Shown here: positions 59,476 to 64,000 of the stretch, one piece after another
How positions within the stretch are numbered: position 1 is the stretch's first letter
Layout: each line of letters opens with the position of its first letter
From: Thermoleophilaceae bacterium
GTDB taxonomy: Bacteria; Actinomycetota; Thermoleophilia; Solirubrobacterales; Thermoleophilaceae
Assembly (NCBI GenBank): GCA_036269895.1
Contig: DATBDN010000004.1
Location: 4,759 to 68,758, forward strand
Length of the DNA: 64,000 nucleotides
Direction of reading: 5' to 3'
Program-made: the position numbers and the translations under genes
Notes under the pieces: model-generated
Told to the model about the DNA's origin: nothing
Database searches by the model: none
The model's input: only the letters and a program-made list of their open reading frames with translations

Positions 59476-61011
59476 GTGTCCCTAGACGACCTCGAGTACC
59501 TCCCCCCTTCCGAGTTCGACCTGACCACGGTCGCGGAGCGCCTGCCTGCGCCGTTGCACCTCGACGGCGCTGAGTCTCAGAGCGGCGAGCGCGCCTTCTA
59601 CGACACGTTCGACCGGCGCCTGCGTGGCAAGGAGCTGCGACTCGTCCACGAGAACGGCTACCTGCGGCTGTTCGGTCCCGGCCGTGAGCTCGCGTCGGTC
59701 TCCTGGTCGTCTCCGTCCGAGACGATCCGCTGCAACGAGCTCGATGCCGGGCCGTTGCGCGACGCGATCGCGCCTGTCTGCGAGGTGCGCGTGCTGATGC
59801 GCACCGCACGCGTGCGCAGCGACCGTCGCGTTACGCCGGTGCTCGACGAGGAGGGCAAGACAGTCGCGCGACTCGTGACCGAGCACGCCGCGGTCGTCGA
59901 TGGCTCCGGCGCGAGCGCGCTGCGGCCGCGGCTACGGCTAGTAGGCGTGCGTGGATACGACAAGGAGCTCGGCCGCGTGCGTGGCGTGCTCGAAGACCAG
60001 TTGGAGCTGACGACAGCGCCCGAGCCGCTCGAGGACGAGGCGGTAATCCGCACGAGCGGCGCGCCGGCGTTCGCTTCGGACTCCGACGTCGAGCTCACGC
60101 CCGACATGCCGGCCGACCGGGCAGCCCAGGCGCTGTCGCTGCGGCTGCTGGCGGTGATCGAAGCGAACGTGCCGGGCACTCTCGCGGACCTCGACACCGA
60201 GTTCCTGCACGACCTACGCGTGTCGGTGCGCCGGACGCGCTCGCTGCAGCGCGAGCTGAAGAAGGTCTTCCCACCGGATGAGCTCAAGCGCTTCCGCGCG
60301 GACTTCAAGTGGATCCAGCAGGTCACGGGGCCGACCCGCGACCTCGACGTGTACCTGCTCGAGTTCGACGAGTTCGCGGCGACGGTGCCGGAGGCCCAGC
60401 GCGCAGACCTTGATCGCCTGCGCGACCTCTTGGCCGACCACCGCACGGCGGAGCGGCGGGCGATGGAAGCCGCCCTGCGCTCGGAGCGGATGACGAGCAC
60501 GCTCCGCGACTGGGAGGCGCTCCTGAAGCGCCTGCCAACCGAGGTGGTCGACGACCGGCCGTTCGGCGTCATGCCGATCAGCGAGGTGGCCGCCCGCCGC
60601 ATCGACAAGGTCTACCGGCAGATGGTCAAGATGGGCAAGGCGATCGACGACGACAGCCCGCACAGCGACCTGCACGAACTGCGCAAGAAAGGCAAGGAGC
60701 TGCGCTACCTGCTGGAGTTCTTCTCCCCGCTGTTCTCGAAGCGGGTGACCAAGCCGATGGTGCGCACGCTGAAGGCGCTCCAGGACACGCTCGGGCGCTT
60801 CCAGGACCGCGAGGTGCAGGTGGCGATGATCCGCGAGGCGGCGTCGGAGGTCGGCCCGCGCGAGGGTGGCTCGCAGGCGCTGATGGCAATGGGCGTCCTG
60901 GTAGAGCGCCTCGAGGAGCAGCAGGACGCTGCACGGGCAGAGTTCCACGACCGGTTCGAGGCGTTCTCGAGCTCTGAGCAGCGCGCACTCGTGAAGAAGA
61001 CGTTCGGATGA
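59476..61011 (+). CDS. CHAD-domain protein with degenerate CYTH-like N-terminal domain
   Basis: FYDTFDRRLRGKELRLVHE (CYTH-like strand, no ExExK). CHAD helices with conserved HDLRVSVRRTRS, TGPTRDLDV, HELRKKGKELRYLLEFF. The start is moved to GTG 59476, because ATG 59431 lies inside the repeat array. Confidence 0.8.
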   Translation: MSLDDLEYLPPSEFDLTTVAERLPAPLHLDGAESQSGERAFYDTFDRRLRGKELRLVHENGYLRLFGPGRELASVSWSSPSETIRCNELDAGPLRDAIAPVCEVRVLMRTARVRSDRRVTPVLDEEGKTVARLVTEHAAVVDGSGASALRPRLRLVGVRGYDKELGRVRGVLEDQLELTTAPEPLEDEAVIRTSGAPAFASDSDVELTPDMPADRAAQALSLRLLAVIEANVPGTLADLDTEFLHDLRVSVRRTRSLQRELKKVFPPDELKRFRADFKWIQQVTGPTRDLDVYLLEFDEFAATVPEAQRADLDRLRDLLADHRTAERRAMEAALRSERMTSTLRDWEALLKRLPTEVVDDRPFGVMPISEVAARRIDKVYRQMVKMGKAIDDDSPHSDLHELRKKGKELRYLLEFFSPLFSKRVTKPMVRTLKALQDTLGRFQDREVQVAMIREAASEVGPREGGSQALMAMGVLVERLEEQQDAARAEFHDRFEAFSSSEQRALVKKTFG

Positions 61012-61769
61012 CGAGCGTTCTCGCGACCTACAACATCAAGGGCGGCGTCGGCAAGACCTCGACGGCGGTCAACCTGGCGTACCTCGCAGCCTCAGGCGGC
61101 GCTCAGACACTGCTGTGGGACCTCGACCCGCAGGGCGGCAGCACCTTCCTGTTCCGGGTCAAGCCGCACGTGAAGGGCGGCGCGCGCAAGCTCGTGCGCG
61201 GGAAGAGCGACGTGGACGCGCTGATCAAGGGCACCGACCACGAGCGACTCGACCTCCTGCCCGCCGACTTCTCGTACCGCCACATGGACCTGGCGCTGGC
61301 CGACACGAAGAAGCCCACACGGCGTCTGGCGCGTGTGGTCGAGCCGCTGCGCGACAGCTACGACTACGTATTCCTGGATTGCCCGCCAAGCATCTCGCTC
61401 GTGTCCGAGGGCGTGTTCGAGGCCGCCGACGCGCTGCTGGTGCCGCTGGTGCCCGCGACGCTGTCCTCGCGGACGTTCGACCAGCTGCGCGACATCGTGT
61501 CGAACGGGGACGGCGGCCCTCAAGTGCTTGCGTTCCTGTCCATGGTCGACCGCCGCAAGCGCCTGCACCGCGACCTGACGCAGAGTCTTCAGGCGGACTA
61601 TCCGGAAGTGCTGCGCGCGGGCATCCCGGCGGCCAGCGACGTCGAGCGGATGGGCGCCTACCGCACTGTGATCGAGGCGTTCGCGCCGCGCAGCCGAGCG
61701 GCTCAGGCGTACCGCGACCTCTGGGTCGAGATCGGCGAGCGCCTGGAGCGACCACAGGCGTCGCCGTGA
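61008..61769 (+). CDS. ParA/MinD-family P-loop ATPase (orphan, no ParB nearby)
   Basis: Deviant Walker A NIKGGVGKTS, YVFLDCPPS (Walker B region). ATGA overlap with the CHAD gene and GTGA overlap with the next gene. Confidence 0.85.
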   Translation: MTSVLATYNIKGGVGKTSTAVNLAYLAASGGAQTLLWDLDPQGGSTFLFRVKPHVKGGARKLVRGKSDVDALIKGTDHERLDLLPADFSYRHMDLALADTKKPTRRLARVVEPLRDSYDYVFLDCPPSISLVSEGVFEAADALLVPLVPATLSSRTFDQLRDIVSNGDGGPQVLAFLSMVDRRKRLHRDLTQSLQADYPEVLRAGIPAASDVERMGAYRTVIEAFAPRSRAAQAYRDLWVEIGERLERPQASP

Positions 61770-63217
61770 CCAAGGCCGACCAGGTCGAGCGCGAGCTCAA
61801 GCTCGGCGCCTGGCCTGAGTTCGTCCTCCCAGACCTGAACGGCTTCGTCGACGGCGCCAAGCCCGGCGAGCCGGAGCGACACGATCTCGACGCCGTCTAC
61901 TACGACACGCCGGACCTCAAGCTCCTGCGCCGCGGGGCCACGCTGCGCTTCCGCCGCGGCGAGCCGCCGAGCGACCTGTGGACGGCAAAGCTCCCCTCCG
62001 ACGCGTCGGCCCAGGGCCTCGCGCGGCGGGAGATCAGCGTGTCAGGCCGCCGCGACGTCGTGCCGAAACAGTTCGTCGACGTGATGCGCGGCTGGGCGCT
62101 GGGGCGTGCGCTGCGACCGGTGGCTCGCGTCTCCACGACGCGCGAGGCGATACCGCTCTGCGACGACGGTGGGCGCATGCTGGCGACGATGGACGACGAC
62201 ACGGTCACGGTGCGGCGCGGGCGCCGCGTGGTCGCGCGCTTCCGCGAGCTCGAGGTCGAACTGGTCGGCGACGCGCCTGCGGAGATCCTCGGCGCCATCG
62301 ACGAGGCCTTGCGCTCGGCCGGGGCCGAGCACGTCGCGCAGATCCCGAAGCTGACGCGTGCGCTCGGCCGTGAGGCAGCGCTGCCCTGGGACCTCGAGGT
62401 GCCGCCACTGGGCTCGAAAACGACGATGGCGCAGGCGGCGCAGTCCCGCTTGCGGGTCAGTGTCGCGCACCTCGTCGACCTGCATGCGCCGCTCGTGCTT
62501 GACGCGGAGGACAGCGCGCAGCGCGCGCGCGATGTGGTGCAGGCGGTGGGCGCCAAGCTCGACCTGTTTGCGGCGCTGCTCGAGCCGGAGCAGTCCGAGC
62601 CGATGCGCGAAGAGCTGCGCCGGCTCGACAATGACCTAGCCCGGGTCGCGGAGCTCGACGCGCTGCTGGCCCGCGCGCCCCAGGCGAGCGACGCACGCAA
62701 GCTGTCGGCTCGCTTGGGCGACGCGCGCGCACGCGCGCACGCGACGCTGCTCAGGTCGCTCCGGGCGCGGCCTTACGTCGCGCTGCTCGAGCGCCTGGCG
62801 GAGATAGCGACCAAGCCGCCGCTGGAAACCGACGCGGGGCGTCGTCGCGCCGCCCCGGCCGCAGGCAAGTTCGTTCGCCCGTTGTGGCGGGAGCTTCGCC
62901 ACGAGGAGGAGGCGCCCGCGCGGCGGGTCGCGAAACTGGAAGCAGCGGTGGAGCTGGCAGCCGCAGTGCTCGACGAGGAAGCGCAGCCGGCGCTCGAGCG
63001 GGTGCGTGAGCTGCGAACGCTCATCGCCGAACACGACCGCCTGCTCGCAATGGCGCGCAGGCTGCGGGCGATCAGGCGCCGCCTCGATCCAGACGAAAGC
63101 TGGGCAGCAGGAATGCTCGCCGGCACGGCGGCGGCGCAGGCGGACGCGATCCGCGCGCGCTTCCCGGCCGTGTGGCAGAACGCGGCCGACAAGGCGATCT
63201 GGAACTGGGCGGACTGA
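61766..63217 (+). CDS. CYTH-domain (triphosphate tunnel metalloenzyme) plus CHAD-domain protein
   Basis: VERELKL (ExExK), YYDTPDLKLLRRGATLRFRR, RELEVEL, then an Arg-rich helical CHAD region. The start is set at GTG 61766 within the longer track ORF. Confidence 0.85.
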   Translation: MTKADQVERELKLGAWPEFVLPDLNGFVDGAKPGEPERHDLDAVYYDTPDLKLLRRGATLRFRRGEPPSDLWTAKLPSDASAQGLARREISVSGRRDVVPKQFVDVMRGWALGRALRPVARVSTTREAIPLCDDGGRMLATMDDDTVTVRRGRRVVARFRELEVELVGDAPAEILGAIDEALRSAGAEHVAQIPKLTRALGREAALPWDLEVPPLGSKTTMAQAAQSRLRVSVAHLVDLHAPLVLDAEDSAQRARDVVQAVGAKLDLFAALLEPEQSEPMREELRRLDNDLARVAELDALLARAPQASDARKLSARLGDARARAHATLLRSLRARPYVALLERLAEIATKPPLETDAGRRRAAPAAGKFVRPLWRELRHEEEAPARRVAKLEAAVELAAAVLDEEAQPALERVRELRTLIAEHDRLLAMARRLRAIRRRLDPDESWAAGMLAGTAAAQADAIRARFPAVWQNAADKAIWNWAD

Positions 63218-63292
63218 CCGAGGCTGCGGCACTGTCGGCGCGAACCCGCTAGAACTCCCTAACGCGGAGGCGTTAGCGGCTTGGGGGAGTCG

Positions 63293-64000
63293 ATGAACAG
63301 ACGGGGTACGTGGGCGTTCGCGCTCGTCACGTGCGCAAGCGTGTTGCTATCGGGAGCGCCGGCTCAGGCGCGGACAGCGGCGCCTCGGATTGCGGTGCTC
63401 TCGAACAGGGCCGACCTGGTCTCAGGCGGCGACGCGCTGGTGCTCGTGACCGTGCCGCCGGGCGTGAACGTCGCCCGGGTCCGGCTGACCGCCGGCGGCC
63501 GCGACGTCACCGGCGTCCTGCAGCGGGTCGGCGCGCGGCGCCTGGAAGGCCTGGTCGACGGGATGCCGGTGGGACGCGTCGCCCTGGTCGCGCGCATCGG
63601 TGGCAGTGCGCCGCACACGCGCGTGCGTCGCCGCACCCGGCGGATCGCCTTCACCGGCCGTGCACGAGCCGGCAGCGCCGCGCGTCTCTACGTCACGAAC
63701 CATCCGATCGGCGGCCCGATCTTCGCGGGCCCGCAGATCCAGCCATGGACGTGCCAGGCGGGAGCGCAGGATGCGCAGTGCGACCAGCCGCCGTCGTATC
63801 GCTTCCTATACCTCCCGAAGGGCGCGTCGACCCAGGGCGCCACGCTGCCGGGCACGAACTCGAACAGCAGCGGCGGCTCGTTCCAGCCCTACGACCCGAA
63901 CAACCCGCCGCCGTCCGACACGGTCGCCACCACGACAACGACTGACGGCGTGACAGTGCCCTTCATCGTACGGCTGGAGTCCGGGTACATCGACCGCGAC
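63293..64000 (+). CDS. Secreted protein, N-terminal 236 aa (runs off the right edge)
   Basis: Own translation gives MNRRGTWAFALVTCASVLLSGAPAQA signal peptide, then ..LYVTNHPIGGPIFAGPQIQPWTCQAGAQDAQCDQPPSYRF... The frame stays open to position 64000, so it is not in the ORF track. Confidence 0.6.
   Translation, partial: MNRRGTWAFALVTCASVLLSGAPAQARTAAPRIAVLSNRADLVSGGDALVLVTVPPGVNVARVRLTAGGRDVTGVLQRVGARRLEGLVDGMPVGRVALVARIGGSAPHTRVRRRTRRIAFTGRARAGSAARLYVTNHPIGGPIFAGPQIQPWTCQAGAQDAQCDQPPSYRFLYLPKGASTQGATLPGTNSNSSGGSFQPYDPNNPPPSDTVATTTTTDGVTVPFIVRLESGYIDRD

Noticed and set aside
63259-63276. Hairpin CTAACGC-GGAG-GCGTTAG after the CYTH-CHAD gene as an intrinsic terminator.
   Set aside because: No U-tract follows it. 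The loop is GGAG and it sits 17 nt before the next ATG, so it may simply overlap the ribosome-binding region.

Overview
High-GC (~70%) actinobacterial-type chromosomal window; the gene content and the Ig-like 'YxYQWxRC' repeats suggest a Thermoleophilia/Solirubrobacterales-like organism, but that is inference only. There are no rRNA genes, CRISPR arrays or transposases.

- (1) 1-7.2 kb looks like an integrative island. It has a partial tyrosine integrase, an excisionase and a coupled small ORF. A 40%-GC pyrimidine-skewed segment ends in a perfect 23-bp inverted repeat. A 1462-aa secreted LamG / Ig-repeat / beta-helix protein has a lower-GC Cys-rich C-terminus and is translationally coupled to a 109-aa ORF. 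The island ends at a tRNA-like remnant and an intact tRNA-His.
- (2) 7.2-23 kb is housekeeping and accessory genes. Two NlpC/P60 hydrolases are here, one behind a ydaO-class c-di-AMP riboswitch. Also present: SDR, an ECF sigma/anti-sigma pair, UDP-glucuronate decarboxylase, sixA-like, greA, uppP, STAS, an aldo-keto reductase, an ECF sigma with YciI, an M20 peptidase with an MFS transporter, and SatP.
- (3) 23-47 kb is the most unusual part. An LAL-LuxR regulator, an orphan receiver and a small protein sit next to about 20 kb of membrane-stress and respiration genes. These include DUF1269, HdeD, SHOCT, an LPG-synthase-TM-like protein, a holin-like/alkaline-phosphatase fusion, an MBL hydrolase, a ClC channel, an AI-2E transporter, and an 8-gene zwf-GH15-GMC-ndh-cydAB operon. 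The transcription units in this block are preceded by nine perfect copies of a 17-bp palindrome, TCACCC-N5-GGGTGA. I saw that palindrome nowhere else in the window.
- (4) 47-55 kb is a nine-gene FAS-II operon (fabD-fabH-fabG-acpP-fabF-accD-maoC-fabI-acyl reductase).
- (5) 55-64 kb holds a GAF histidine kinase with a NarL regulator, an amidase and a CoA-transferase. It also holds a PHO-box-preceded CHAD / ParA-like ATPase / CYTH-CHAD operon, which may be a polyphosphate-granule system, and a partial secreted protein at the right edge.

Many track ORFs are antisense shadow ORFs of GC-rich genes and were not called. Several starts were moved from the longest ORF to internal starts that fit N-terminal motifs, ribosome-binding sites or 4-nt start/stop overlaps.
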